NCBI GenBank assembly: GCA_963169855.1
Contig: CAUJCN010000002.1
Coordinates: forward strand, 452,885 to 516,884
Source of the DNA: Patescibacteria group bacterium
GTDB taxonomy: Bacteria; Patescibacteriota; Dojkabacteria; J137
Length of the DNA: 64,000 nt
Reading direction: 5' to 3'
Made by a program: the position numbers and the translations under genes. The notes beneath the pieces were generated by a model that saw only the letters and a list, made by a program, of their open reading frames with translations, was not told the origin of the DNA and searched no databases. Shown piece after piece: positions 1 through 9,949 of the stretch (its first letter is position 1; each line of letters opens with the position of its first letter).

Positions 1-1
1 T

Positions 2-460
2 TCAGCTGTAGAAGAAGCAACTTTCTTAACAAGATTTGCTACAAAAGTTTATCTAATTCACAGAAGAGACGAATTAAGAGCTAGCAAAATCATGCAAGAA
101 AGATTGTTTGGGAATGAAAAAGTTGAAGTAATTTTAAATACTGAAATTAAAGAAGTTTTGGGAACAACAAAAGTTACAGCGTTGAAATTGTTTAACAATG
201 TAACTAACGAAGAAAGTGAATTACCAACAGACGGATTATTCTTAGCTATCGGGCACATTCCAAACACTGCATTTTTAGATGAACAATTGGAGTTAAATCC
301 AGAGAAATACCTAATTGCAGACCATGGAGTGTACACCGGAATCGACGGAGTATTTGTAGCAGGAGATGTAGAAGATCATATTTATCGACAAGCTATAACT
401 GCGGCAGGAGCTGGATGTAAAGCAGCCATTACAGCAGAAAGATGGTTACAAAGTTTATAA
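2..460 (+). CDS. trxB: Thioredoxin-disulfide reductase, C-terminal part (gene starts upstream of the window)
   Basis: The open frame runs from the window edge. The C-terminus ...GIDGVFVAGDVEDHIYRQAITAAGAGCKAAITAERWL matches the conserved TrxB NADPH-domain and C-terminal signature. Confidence 0.8.
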   Translation, partial: SAVEEATFLTRFATKVYLIHRRDELRASKIMQERLFGNEKVEVILNTEIKEVLGTTKVTALKLFNNVTNEESELPTDGLFLAIGHIPNTAFLDEQLELNPEKYLIADHGVYTGIDGVFVAGDVEDHIYRQAITAAGAGCKAAITAERWLQSL

Positions 461-463
461 ATA

Positions 464-2611
464 ATGCAGAACGCACGATTAGGAAAAACAAATGAAAGTA
501 ACGTTAATTTAATTCCAAAAGTTAAAAAACGAAGCTGGCAAAAAACTCGAAAAATCTTTGGTGTTTTTGCATTTTTTTTTGGAATCGTAATTGTTGCAAT
601 CGGACTGTTATTTACTCATTTCGTTGTGATGCCTGGATTTAAAGTCCTAGGATATTTAGAAAATATTCAAGATAATGCTTCTCTACTCCTACAGGATTTA
701 AGTGTAAAGAATATTGCGAATATAGATACATACTTAACCAATGTCCAGAATGAATTAACGAAAATTGATGCTGAGATTTCAAAGTTTGAATTTTTAAAAA
801 CAATTGATCAGACAAAAGGTTATTACGAGAATTTTAAAACTGGAAGTCGAATATTAGACAGAATCAATACACTGATTGAGTATTCTATTCCAAAGCTAAA
901 GAATATTTTAGTTGCAACTGGATTCTCTACAGACAGAAATTCAGCTTCAGTATTGGGAACTTTAGAAGAAGCTGGCGAAGATGAGGAAAGTTCGATCTCA
1001 CTAATCTTAAAGGAATTCCCACAGTACTTAGAATTATATAGAGATATTGAACCTCAAATTATCGGAATTTTTGAAGAAATCGCCAAGATTGATACTAACC
1101 ATATTCCAGTGTTACCAGGTGTAGACATTGCTGGAAAACTTGGATCAGTAAATGATTTAGGCAAAGAATTCCCTGAGCTCTCAGATAAGACTGTTAGATT
1201 TATTGAAAAAGTTCCACAGCTTCTTGGTTCAAAAGACCCATCTACTTTCTTAGTTGTTATGCAGAATGAAGCAGAAATGAGATCTTCTGGGGGAATTTTA
1301 ACGGCTTATGGAGACATCACTTTAAATAATGGGGAGATCTCAGACGAAATTAAATTAGAAGACACTACTAATCTTCAGCTTTATCTATGGCAACTTGGTG
1401 TAATGATGCCTCATTACAATATTCATGGACAATTGTATTTAATGAACAGCGGTTGTGGAGCTTCGGAAGCAAGAGCCCAGGATGTAGCAATGTATCCTGA
1501 CTTATACGAAAGTATGATGCTTTTCAAAGATTACTATGAAATTGCAAATTTTTATAATCCTGGCGATTTCCCTTCATACGATAATATCGTTATATTAAAT
1601 TTCAACTTTGCTAAGAATTTATTGGGTCTGGTCCAACCTATTATTGTGGAAGGTTTCGGAGAAGTAACTGCTGACACTCTCTTTAGTTTTATTAAAGCAG
1701 AGACTGACAATGAAGATAAGTATCAGGCATACGATAAAGATAGAAAAGAAATTATTGGACAAATTTCTGACGCAGTAAAAGAAAAACTATTTAACTTGCC
1801 TTACTCGGATATTCCAAAGATTGTTGATTTAATTGTCAAATCATTCCAAGCTAGGGATTTAGGATTGGAATCTACAAATCCAGATATGCAAGCATACTTT
1901 GATGAATACGGAATGAGCGGAAGATATGCTAAAGATGTAAAAGGTGATTACTTTAGTTTAGGAGAAGCCCAGAATTGTTCATTAAAACTAAATCAGTGGG
2001 TTAGAAACGATGTTAATCATTATGTAGGAATAAAAGAAGATGGAACTGTTTACAGAGAAGTGAAAGTAAAATGGAGGCAACCTCAAATCTACAATGGAAT
2101 TTTCTACGGACAATATGACTCTACTTTACGATTCGCATATAGAGCTTGGGTTAGATTTATTATGCCAGTTGATTCTTATGAAATTAATTCAGATGGTTTT
2201 AGCAGATCAGGATACTTATACTACTATCCTAAGTCATACTATGATGAAACTTTAAACAAAGAAGTTAGCGATAATATTGTTTGGTTCGACCACAGAAGAT
2301 TTGATGAATCCGATCCAATCGAAAAAGAAGAAATGAATGTTAGTTATGAGTTACCTTCAACAATCAATTATATTAATGATGGAGAATATACATTACTGTT
2401 ACAGAAACACCCAGGAAAGTCTTCTTGGGAAACTCACTATGTAACAGTTCGGGATATAGATGGACAAACATACACGATTGAAACAACGCTTGATAGAGAT
2501 AAGATCGTCAGGTTCAAAGATGGTGTAATTTCTGTAGATAATTACGACCAAAGCCTGGATTGGTTAAAGACCGATATTATCGACAGACTCCCCTTCGATA
2601 AACTTCAATAG
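464..2611 (+). CDS. Large membrane-anchored hypothetical protein (715 aa), with an N-terminal TM helix and a long extracytoplasmic region
   Basis: A long uninterrupted ORF starts 3 nt after the trxB stop. Hydrophobic segment FGVFAFFFGIVIVAIGLLFTHFVV near the N-terminus. No recognisable catalytic motif. Confidence 0.5.
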   Translation: MQNARLGKTNESNVNLIPKVKKRSWQKTRKIFGVFAFFFGIVIVAIGLLFTHFVVMPGFKVLGYLENIQDNASLLLQDLSVKNIANIDTYLTNVQNELTKIDAEISKFEFLKTIDQTKGYYENFKTGSRILDRINTLIEYSIPKLKNILVATGFSTDRNSASVLGTLEEAGEDEESSISLILKEFPQYLELYRDIEPQIIGIFEEIAKIDTNHIPVLPGVDIAGKLGSVNDLGKEFPELSDKTVRFIEKVPQLLGSKDPSTFLVVMQNEAEMRSSGGILTAYGDITLNNGEISDEIKLEDTTNLQLYLWQLGVMMPHYNIHGQLYLMNSGCGASEARAQDVAMYPDLYESMMLFKDYYEIANFYNPGDFPSYDNIVILNFNFAKNLLGLVQPIIVEGFGEVTADTLFSFIKAETDNEDKYQAYDKDRKEIIGQISDAVKEKLFNLPYSDIPKIVDLIVKSFQARDLGLESTNPDMQAYFDEYGMSGRYAKDVKGDYFSLGEAQNCSLKLNQWVRNDVNHYVGIKEDGTVYREVKVKWRQPQIYNGIFYGQYDSTLRFAYRAWVRFIMPVDSYEINSDGFSRSGYLYYYPKSYYDETLNKEVSDNIVWFDHRRFDESDPIEKEEMNVSYELPSTINYINDGEYTLLLQKHPGKSSWETHYVTVRDIDGQTYTIETTLDRDKIVRFKDGVISVDNYDQSLDWLKTDIIDRLPFDKLQ

Positions 2612-2656
2612 TCAGTCTGTATTTACAAACCTATAAGAATCCACTATCATAGTTCT

Positions 2657-2902
2657 ATGGATCAAATTACCAGACAATATTTAATATTCGCAGCAACAAT
2701 TGGAGGAATTATTTCTTTTATTTTCAACTTCTTTATTATTGAATTAGTAAGAAACACGCCACTATACGGGTTTCCCATTGGATTGGGAGAAACAGTGGGT
2801 ATTATAAACCTGCTCTTCAAATTGACTAACACTATCGTAATCGGGGCTGCTTTAACTGTTCCTGTTTACTACGTTCTTATTTGGTTAGAAAGACGAAGAT
2901 AG
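2657..2902 (+). CDS. Small membrane protein (81 aa, about 2 TM helices), hypothetical
   Basis: The ORF has two long hydrophobic stretches and a basic C-terminal tail (ERRR). Confidence 0.35.
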   Translation: MDQITRQYLIFAATIGGIISFIFNFFIIELVRNTPLYGFPIGLGETVGIINLLFKLTNTIVIGAALTVPVYYVLIWLERRR

Positions 2903-3568
2903 TTACGATTCTTCAACAGTGAATTTTGGGGTTTTAAAGTGACCAACAACGCTACCCTGTGCATTCCAACATACAATATCATCTTTATCTATAGTTAGAT
3001 CCATCCCACCTCTCATAGTATTGAAGACTGGAAGAAAATTACTATTGAAACCTATCTGAGATAATTCATCTTTAAGTCCCCTTAATTGATTCATTCTGTA
3101 ATTTATATACTCCATCTCTGTTTTGAATCCCCCAAAGTTACTCCCCTGAAAAATTAAATAAGCTTCCTTTCCCAGTTCTTTAAACGTTTTAACATATCTT
3201 GCAAACTTCCTACCTTGCATGGATTTATGTTTTGGTTCCATACCCCAATCAGGAAAGAAATGATGAAAAACAGTAGAATTTACCCCAGGAATGCAAATCA
3301 AAAAACACATTCTATGGCCTACCGACATGAAGCTATAATTATCTCTGCCTAAGAAAGGCACGCTTGCTTCCGTAAGCTTCTTCATAAAGCAATCTTGATC
3401 TTCAATGTGACTTCGAATTGATATAGCCAAATCTTCTTTATGAATTGGTTCGTATGACAAGGGGACTAAAGAACTATGCCTTTCGTACACATCATCAGGT
3501 AGCCATATAGGTTGTTTTGCGTACCCTCCTAAATCTGGAAATCCGCCATTAAGCTCAATAGAGTTCAT
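2903..3568 (-). CDS. Hypothetical protein (221 aa)
   Basis: Intact ORF convergent with the upstream small gene. No confident family assignment from motifs. Confidence 0.4.
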   Translation of the reverse strand: MNSIELNGGFPDLGGYAKQPIWLPDDVYERHSSLVPLSYEPIHKEDLAISIRSHIEDQDCFMKKLTEASVPFLGRDNYSFMSVGHRMCFLICIPGVNSTVFHHFFPDWGMEPKHKSMQGRKFARYVKTFKELGKEAYLIFQGSNFGGFKTEMEYINYRMNQLRGLKDELSQIGFNSNFLPVFNTMRGGMDLTIDKDDIVCWNAQGSVVGHFKTPKFTVEES

Positions 3569-3594
3569 GGACGGATTATATCTTAGAAAGTCTT

Positions 3595-5259
3595 TTACAC
3601 AAAGCTGATCAAGGTTATGATCATTGGCTCTCTTTCAGTTTCCTCGAAAACTAAGTCAGAAACATCTGCTGTAATTACTTCTCTAACTTCAGCAACTTCT
3701 TTGTAATTCGCCTTCATTGAGTTATAGATTTCTTTAGTTTTATCAACAATGTTTTTAATTAATTCCTGAGAATTCTTAACATAAACAAATCCTCTTGAAA
3801 TTACAAACGGATCTCTAACTAATTCCTTTTCTTTGTTAACAATAATATCAATCACTACGACTCCGTAACTTGCTAGCTGTTCTCTTTCTTTTAGAACCAC
3901 AGACCCAACATCGCCTACTCCAGAACCAGAAACTAGTAATGGTTCGCAAGGGAATTGTTTTATAATCTTATATCCTTGATTTGAGTTTCCTTCAACGATT
4001 GATCCTTTTTTAGTAATCAAGATATTGTTTTCTGCAACTCCTGTAGATTTTGCTGTTTCTCCGTGAGCTCTAAGGAAATATTGATATCCGTGAACTGGCA
4101 TAAAGAATTTTGGTCTTACAAGGTTCAGCATGATTTTTTGGTCTTCTTGATATCCGTGTCCTGATGTGTAAAGGTCTAGATCTTCTGTTTGTCTAACATT
4201 TGCTCCTTTAGACATGATTTGATCAATCATATTTTGAACAGTCCTATCGTTTCCAGCAATAGTTTTTGCAGAAATAATAACTGTATCTCCTTTCTTAACA
4301 GTTACTCCTTTGTAGTCAGTGTAAGCCATTTTTGATAAAGCAGCTTCTTCTTCTCCTTGAGCTCCAGTTGTTAAGATCAAAAGTTTATTTGGGGGAATAT
4401 TATTTACTTGAGCAATATTCACAATCAAGTCTTTTGGCATCTTAAGATATTCAATTTTTTCTGCAATTTCTAAGGTTTTTCTCATGGAGAATCCTGCGAT
4501 AGCAACTTTTCTATTGTATTTCTCTGCGATTGTAATCAATTGATAAAGTCTACCTACAAGACCTGCAAATGAAGCTACAATTACTCTACCTTTTGCTCTT
4601 TCGATAACATCTTCCAGTCCTTTGGCAACTTCGCTCTCAGAAACTGGATGTCCTTTTTTCAAAGAGTTTGTTGAGTCAGAAAGAAGGATATCAATTCCCT
4701 CATCTCCGATTTTCGCAATTCTTCCATAGTCAGCTACTGGTTCGTTAATTGGAGAGTTATCAAATTTAAAGTCTCCTGTGTGAACTGCTTTAGCTGTTGG
4801 AGTTTTAATATAAACACCTACTGCCTGAGGAATACTATGATTAACTCTAAAGAACTCAACTTCAAAATGAGTGAATTTTAGTTTAGAATTCTCATCGATA
4901 ACCTTTAGCTTGTCCTTCATCTTATCCATCAAACCGGCTTCCTCTAACTTAAGTTTAATAAGTTCTAATGTGAATCTAGTTCCATAAATTACTGGGAAAC
5001 CCATGTCCTCTAAATGAAAATGAATTGCACCAATATGGTCCAAGTGTCCGTGAGTAATCACCAGAGCTTTAATCTGTTTTTGTTTTTTCTTTAAATATGA
5101 AATATCTGGAATGATGTAATCAATTCCGTAGTAGTCGTATTCAGAGAAACCTAATCCAACGTCAACAACTAAAATCTCGTCTTTATATTCATATACAGTG
5201 CAGTTTATTCCAACCTCTTCTACACCACCTAGAGGTATAATTTTCAAATTCTCGTTCAT
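3595..5259 (-). CDS. rnj: Ribonuclease J (metallo-beta-lactamase / beta-CASP family RNase)
   Basis: 554 aa. The N-terminal MBL motif VITHGHLDHIGA, the beta-CASP region, the overall length and the motif order are typical of RNase J. Confidence 0.85.
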   Translation of the reverse strand: MNENLKIIPLGGVEEVGINCTVYEYKDEILVVDVGLGFSEYDYYGIDYIIPDISYLKKKQKQIKALVITHGHLDHIGAIHFHLEDMGFPVIYGTRFTLELIKLKLEEAGLMDKMKDKLKVIDENSKLKFTHFEVEFFRVNHSIPQAVGVYIKTPTAKAVHTGDFKFDNSPINEPVADYGRIAKIGDEGIDILLSDSTNSLKKGHPVSESEVAKGLEDVIERAKGRVIVASFAGLVGRLYQLITIAEKYNRKVAIAGFSMRKTLEIAEKIEYLKMPKDLIVNIAQVNNIPPNKLLILTTGAQGEEEAALSKMAYTDYKGVTVKKGDTVIISAKTIAGNDRTVQNMIDQIMSKGANVRQTEDLDLYTSGHGYQEDQKIMLNLVRPKFFMPVHGYQYFLRAHGETAKSTGVAENNILITKKGSIVEGNSNQGYKIIKQFPCEPLLVSGSGVGDVGSVVLKEREQLASYGVVVIDIIVNKEKELVRDPFVISRGFVYVKNSQELIKNIVDKTKEIYNSMKANYKEVAEVREVITADVSDLVFEETEREPMIITLISFV

Positions 5260-5372
5260 GGAATTCGTATCATAAAAAATAATTTTAGCTGGTCATTCTC
5301 TTGATAAATGAAGAAATCTCAGCCTTTTTGTTAAATAACTTGTATAGGTCTAAATTACTTAGCTTAGGATAA

Positions 5373-5510
5373 TTATAACACGAAGTGTTTCATCAATCGA
5401 AAGAATTGGTCAAAATTGATATAACACGAAGTGTTTCATCAATCGAAAAATCGGTCAAAATTGATATAACACGAAGTGTTTCATCAATTCCAAAAAATGC
5501 TCAACATTTT
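5373..5510. repeat. Three tandem copies of a 45-46 bp unit, each carrying an imperfect 25-bp palindrome TGATATAACAC-GAA-GTGTTTCATCA. They lie in the rnj upstream region.
   Basis: The direct repeats ataacacgaagtgtttcatcaatcgaaa(g)aat(t/c)ggtcaaaattgat begin at 5375, 5421 and 5466, with 2-4 mismatches. Each has the core palindrome AACAC-GAA-GTGTT. Confidence 0.8.
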
Positions 5511-5546
5511 TGAGACTGCCAAGTGAGATTTTGCTGGTAGGTAAGG

Positions 5547-6191
5547 CTATTCGAGATTGAATTCGTAAGTCTTTCCTATCTCTAAAGAGCTGAATTTTAT
5601 GCCTTTTTCCTCCAAAATCCGCTTTGGCCAAGAAGCTGCCATTTCCGGATTTTTCAGTCTACCGTCGTGAACTGGAATACATTGCACAGGATTGATTTCT
5701 AAAGCATAGTCTATAGATTCTGAAGACCTCATCCAGGGTCCTTCGACTGGTAAAGCTAAGAGCTTAACTGGTTTCCCAGGATTAGTAAAAGCGTCTCCTG
5801 GATAGAAAAAATTGTTATCTAAAAAGTAGCCTGTGTTTAGCATCTGTGGCATGTTTCCATACACAGTTGCGTGATCTTTACCAAACCCTTCGAATAAAAC
5901 GTCATTTTGAATATGAGATTCGCCCTCCTCTACTTTTGTGAATTCAATTCCTTCTTGAGTTAGAATTTTGCCTACACTTGAGTTTGTAATAACTTTTGCA
6001 TTTGGATTATTCTGCAAAACAGTTTTTAAAGATTCTACATGTAAATGATCAGCATGTTCGTGGGTAATGAGAACTATATGAAGATTTTGTACTTCGTTCT
6101 GCAATGTTGAAAATTCACCTGGATCGGTAAGGATTCTTGTTCCTTTTATTTCTAGTAAAAGACAGCAATGTCCAAATTTGGTAATTTTCAT
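5547..6191 (-). CDS. MBL-fold metal-dependent hydrolase
   Basis: The motif LITHEHADH (HxHxDH) lies in a 214-aa protein, with later His/Asp ligand positions typical of the beta-lactamase fold. Confidence 0.7.
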   Translation of the reverse strand: MKITKFGHCCLLLEIKGTRILTDPGEFSTLQNEVQNLHIVLITHEHADHLHVESLKTVLQNNPNAKVITNSSVGKILTQEGIEFTKVEEGESHIQNDVLFEGFGKDHATVYGNMPQMLNTGYFLDNNFFYPGDAFTNPGKPVKLLALPVEGPWMRSSESIDYALEINPVQCIPVHDGRLKNPEMAASWPKRILEEKGIKFSSLEIGKTYEFNLE

Positions 6192-6209
6192 ACTTACATT
6201 TTACCATTC

Positions 6210-6575
6210 TTATAGATCTTGGAAAAAAGTAACCACTCCCTTCAGAAATCTTTTCTTTTGATCTGGACCAAGTAACTGTAGAGATTTAATTATAAGATGG
6301 TCGATTTGATCCTCAGTTACTGTGGAATTTGGAAAATCGTGACTATGTTTAGCCAACAGTCTTGCGAATGCTGCAGCTAAATTTAATTTGTAGGTTGTTG
6401 ATTCCATTGATATTCCTTCTCTCATTTCTTGATCTTCTGCTAATCGCCAAATTGTCACAATCATTGATAATGAAGAAAGAAATTTTGATCTGTCCGGAGT
6501 TTCGTCCAAATACCCTACAATTTGTTCGACGAGACTTGATGGATTGCTCCACCCCTGATTCCACACTGTCGCCAT
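6210..6575 (-). CDS. Hypothetical protein (121 aa)
   Basis: Intact ORF with a good coding appearance. The overlapping alternative-frame ORFs 6349-6564(-) and 6362-6577(+) are considered spurious. Confidence 0.4.
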   Translation of the reverse strand: MATVWNQGWSNPSSLVEQIVGYLDETPDRSKFLSSLSMIVTIWRLAEDQEMREGISMESTTYKLNLAAAFARLLAKHSHDFPNSTVTEDQIDHLIIKSLQLLGPDQKKRFLKGVVTFFQDL

Positions 6576-6640
6576 AATTCAGCTTCTTTTTATACCGTGA
6601 TTATATCAGAAAATTTCTAAATACAAATATCCCATCGAAA

Positions 6641-8362
6641 TTGTATTCAATTTCCTATAAAATAATAACAATGACACAAAAAGGTAAGATTATAAAAATC
6701 GTATTCATAGGAGTATTGTTTGCAATCAACCTGATTCTAGTTGCAATGTTTGCTCAAAAGACCACAACTTTCATATCTTTGAAAATTGTTTTTGCAGATA
6801 CTCCAAATTCTGGAGCTCAAGGAATTGAGGTGGTATCAAAGGGAGTTTTTGTTGGAAGAACGGATGCAAATGGAAACGTTCTTATTTCTTCTAGTGCTCT
6901 TGGCGAAGATATTACTTTAGGATCAACTGATTCCTACACTTCAACATTAAAAGTAAGCGATCTTAATCCAGGCGATCCTATAAAACTACTTAAGAAAGGA
7001 TTCAACTACATATATGGAGAATTCTTTATCTCTGGGTACAAAGAAACCGTTGACATACTTTTCGATAATCAAACTTTTAAACTCGGAGAAGGCAACAGTT
7101 TCGTATTAATTACTACAAAAACAGGAATCCTCCCAGTAGAATTTCAATCAGATAATCACATAGCAATGAAGGGCGAGATAAATGTTTCTGCTGGAATCAA
7201 CAACTTAGATGCACCATTGAGTTTTGATAATGCAGGTGGCTTATTCTTTAAGAATAGAAGTTACCTCGGTGATCTTCAAGTAGATGGAATAAAAGTTGAA
7301 GCAGAATCTCTAAACGACAAATTCATTAAGTATTCATCAGAAGAAACCAAAATTACAAATCTAACACTTAACGAATATTACATAAGAATTTCGGGTAAAG
7401 ATATAAACAGTCGAGATTACCTAGTAGTTGCTCCTAATAATCTAACTCCTTTTGGGGATGTTCGATTAGTGGAAAAAGGACATTATCCAATCACTAAGAA
7501 AGCTGGGAATGTTTCTACTCTATCTCTTGTGGACTTAGATGGAAAGAAATTAACTGACGTTTTAATCGAAGATGGAGTTAGGATTCAAGATCTGTACATG
7601 GATAACGAAAAAGGAAAATTGTTCTTTAGAGCGAATCAAAGTGGAACAAGATCACATTACCCAGTCTTTGAGTATGATATAAAAACTGGAAACAAAACTA
7701 CTCTTACGACAAGTAACTCTTCTCTATTCGTGAACACCGCAATTGTTAACTACAAAGCGAATCTGGTTGTTACAAGTAGTCGAAACTCTACTGGAACAAA
7801 GCTTAGCCTTTATAAGCTAAATGGTGAATTTATAAGAGAATTATTTGCTACAAATGGTTCTTCAGAAACTGTTGCTAGAATTCTGATTGCTGATGATGGT
7901 CAAACAGTTTTTGTGCAGGCGAATGGAAGATCTTCACAGAATAGAATTGTTGGGGTAAATACTGATAACTCAATCTCAGAAGTTGCTTCTGGAAACATTA
8001 ATTTACTTGCAATAGATCCGAATGGTAGAAATGTTGTTTACAAGGTTGAAGGTTCACCAGATCGAATTCACAATTACAAATTTTTAGATCGACAAGATGC
8101 AGAATTAAATATTCGAGATATAGGTGAGAATTTCCAATTTGATTCCCAAAATAACAACGTACTGTACTACTCCCTTAACGATTCTCAAATTATGAAATAT
8201 TCTTTCGATACAGATTTTGTTGAACAATATATTTCCTTCAATAGATTCGATAATTTTAACTCGATTGTTCAACAAGACGAATATTTGTTCACAATCAAAG
8301 ACGATCGAATTAATATTCTGAATAAAAATATTCCTACAAAATTTAAACTTTTAAGCTTCTAA
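6641..8362 (+). CDS. Membrane-anchored hypothetical protein (573 aa), beta-rich and possibly a beta-propeller
   Basis: N-terminal TM segment IIKIVFIGVLFAINLILVAMFA, followed by a long Ser/Thr/Asn-rich region with repetitive beta-strand-like segments. Confidence 0.5.
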   Translation: MYSISYKIITMTQKGKIIKIVFIGVLFAINLILVAMFAQKTTTFISLKIVFADTPNSGAQGIEVVSKGVFVGRTDANGNVLISSSALGEDITLGSTDSYTSTLKVSDLNPGDPIKLLKKGFNYIYGEFFISGYKETVDILFDNQTFKLGEGNSFVLITTKTGILPVEFQSDNHIAMKGEINVSAGINNLDAPLSFDNAGGLFFKNRSYLGDLQVDGIKVEAESLNDKFIKYSSEETKITNLTLNEYYIRISGKDINSRDYLVVAPNNLTPFGDVRLVEKGHYPITKKAGNVSTLSLVDLDGKKLTDVLIEDGVRIQDLYMDNEKGKLFFRANQSGTRSHYPVFEYDIKTGNKTTLTTSNSSLFVNTAIVNYKANLVVTSSRNSTGTKLSLYKLNGEFIRELFATNGSSETVARILIADDGQTVFVQANGRSSQNRIVGVNTDNSISEVASGNINLLAIDPNGRNVVYKVEGSPDRIHNYKFLDRQDAELNIRDIGENFQFDSQNNNVLYYSLNDSQIMKYSFDTDFVEQYISFNRFDNFNSIVQQDEYLFTIKDDRINILNKNIPTKFKLLSF

Positions 8363-8404
8363 TTAATTAGAAACTATGCTCTAATTGCTTACTCAGAGTT
8401 AAAG

Positions 8405-8437
8405 TTTTCCACAAAAAAATATTATAAGTTATCCACA
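8405..8437 (+). promoter_or_regulatory. Two same-orientation DnaA boxes in the AT-rich dnaA upstream region, TTTTCCACA at 8405-8413 and the consensus TTATCCACA at 8429-8437. This is a putative dnaA autoregulatory site or an oriC-proximal element.
   Basis: Exact 9-mer consensus seen in the sequence. A TATATAAT -10-like element at 8454-8461 lies between the boxes and the dnaA start. Confidence 0.55.
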
Positions 8438-8512
8438 TAAAAAAACTTTTAGTATATAATCAAATTTACTTACGCAAGACCCTGGAAATTTTGTCTAAGA
8501 TTCAAACTTATT

Positions 8513-9907
8513 ATGAGAATTACAGAACCAAAACAACTTTGGAAGGTCGCGCTAGCTCAAATTGAAATTAAACTTGATGCTCCAGCAACTTTCAAAATGT
8601 TTTTTCAAGATACAAGCCTGTTAAGAATTGATGGTAAAACCGCAGTGATTGGCGTTACTAATCCATATACTTCTGAATGGTTGAAATCTAGATATGAAAC
8701 TCTAATTAAAGACACAATTTCTTATGTTTATGGTGATCCACTAACCCCAACTTTCGAAATTATTCAGCACGAAGAACAACCTGTAGCAAAAGATGACGAG
8801 AAATCTCCTTTACTTAATCCAGAAGGAGGTATGTTGGGAGGAATTCTTGATGCTGTAGGGAAATCAGGATTGAATCCAAAATATTCATTGACTACCTATA
8901 TCGTTGGAAATTCAAACAGGATTGCGCATGCAGCTAGTTCAGCTGTTGTTACAAGTCCTGGACAAGTTTACAATCCTCTATTCATTTACGGGAAGACTGG
9001 CGTAGGTAAGACTCACTTAGCTCAAGGTATTGGAAGATCAATTTTAGAAAAAAGTTTAAAAAAAAGAGTTCTTTATGTTTCTTCGGAAACGTTCTTGAAC
9101 GATATGATCAAAAGTATTAAAACAAATACTAATGAGAAGAATAGGAGCAAGTACCGACAGATTGACTGCTTGATTATCGACGACATGCAAATGATTTCCA
9201 AATGGGTGGCGACTCAAACTGAATTCTTCAATACTTTCAATGAACTTTATAATGCTGGGAAGCAAATTATTTTAATTGCAGATAGAAGACCTGATGATAT
9301 TCAAAATATTGAAAGCCGTTTGAAAACAAGAATGCAAGGAGGAATGGTAGTCGAAATTTCACAACCAGATTACGAAACTAGACTTGCAATTTTACAAAAG
9401 AAAAATGATTCCGCTGGTTACAATCTCAGTCTTCATATTATCGAGTTTATTGCAAAGACAGTAACCGATAATGTTAGAGAACTTGAAGGTGCTTTACAAA
9501 AGGTCGCTCTCTTTAATTCAATGAAACCTGATGGAGAGCTATCACTTGAAGAAGTTGCTCATACAATTGGAAAAGATTCTAGATCAAAACGAGAGCAAGT
9601 AAAAGTTCCTCAGATTTTAAAATCTGTAGCTAAGTCGTTTAGCGTTAGCGTTAAAGATTTGAAAGGACCACGCAGAACAAAAGAAGTTGCTTTAGCTCGA
9701 CAAGTTGCTATGTATATACTAAGAGATGAATATAACTACAAATTGGAAGAGATTGCAAAATTCTTAAACCGAGAAGATCACACAACTGTGATGCATGGAA
9801 TTGATAAAGTTAAGAGCAAAGCTATGATCCAAGAAGGGTTTAATTCTCAAATTACAAACTTAATCACTTCCATCCAAGAAGCTGCTGCTGCGGGGCTCGA
9901 CGAATAG
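8513..9907 (+). CDS. dnaA: Chromosomal replication initiator protein DnaA
   Basis: Walker A GKTGVGKTHL, the AAA+ core, and a C-terminal DNA-binding helix region containing HTTVMHGIDKV, which is the DnaA signature. Confidence 0.9.
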   Translation: MRITEPKQLWKVALAQIEIKLDAPATFKMFFQDTSLLRIDGKTAVIGVTNPYTSEWLKSRYETLIKDTISYVYGDPLTPTFEIIQHEEQPVAKDDEKSPLLNPEGGMLGGILDAVGKSGLNPKYSLTTYIVGNSNRIAHAASSAVVTSPGQVYNPLFIYGKTGVGKTHLAQGIGRSILEKSLKKRVLYVSSETFLNDMIKSIKTNTNEKNRSKYRQIDCLIIDDMQMISKWVATQTEFFNTFNELYNAGKQIILIADRRPDDIQNIESRLKTRMQGGMVVEISQPDYETRLAILQKKNDSAGYNLSLHIIEFIAKTVTDNVRELEGALQKVALFNSMKPDGELSLEEVAHTIGKDSRSKREQVKVPQILKSVAKSFSVSVKDLKGPRRTKEVALARQVAMYILRDEYNYKLEEIAKFLNREDHTTVMHGIDKVKSKAMIQEGFNSQITNLITSIQEAAAAGLDE

Positions 9908-9949
9908 TTTTTAAACTTTCTGTAGTATAATAATGGTTATATTGTTTAT

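Noticed and set aside
5490-5515. An A/T-only hairpin (CAAAAATG/CATTTTTG) at the end of the triple repeat, as a possible terminator of the MBL-hydrolase gene
   Set aside because: The stem is almost entirely A-U and there is no clean U-tract. It cannot be distinguished from chance in 30% GC DNA.
6349-6577. Overlapping 71-aa ORFs on both strands inside 6210-6575
   Set aside because: They are alternative frames of a longer ORF. The 121-aa frame has the more protein-like composition.
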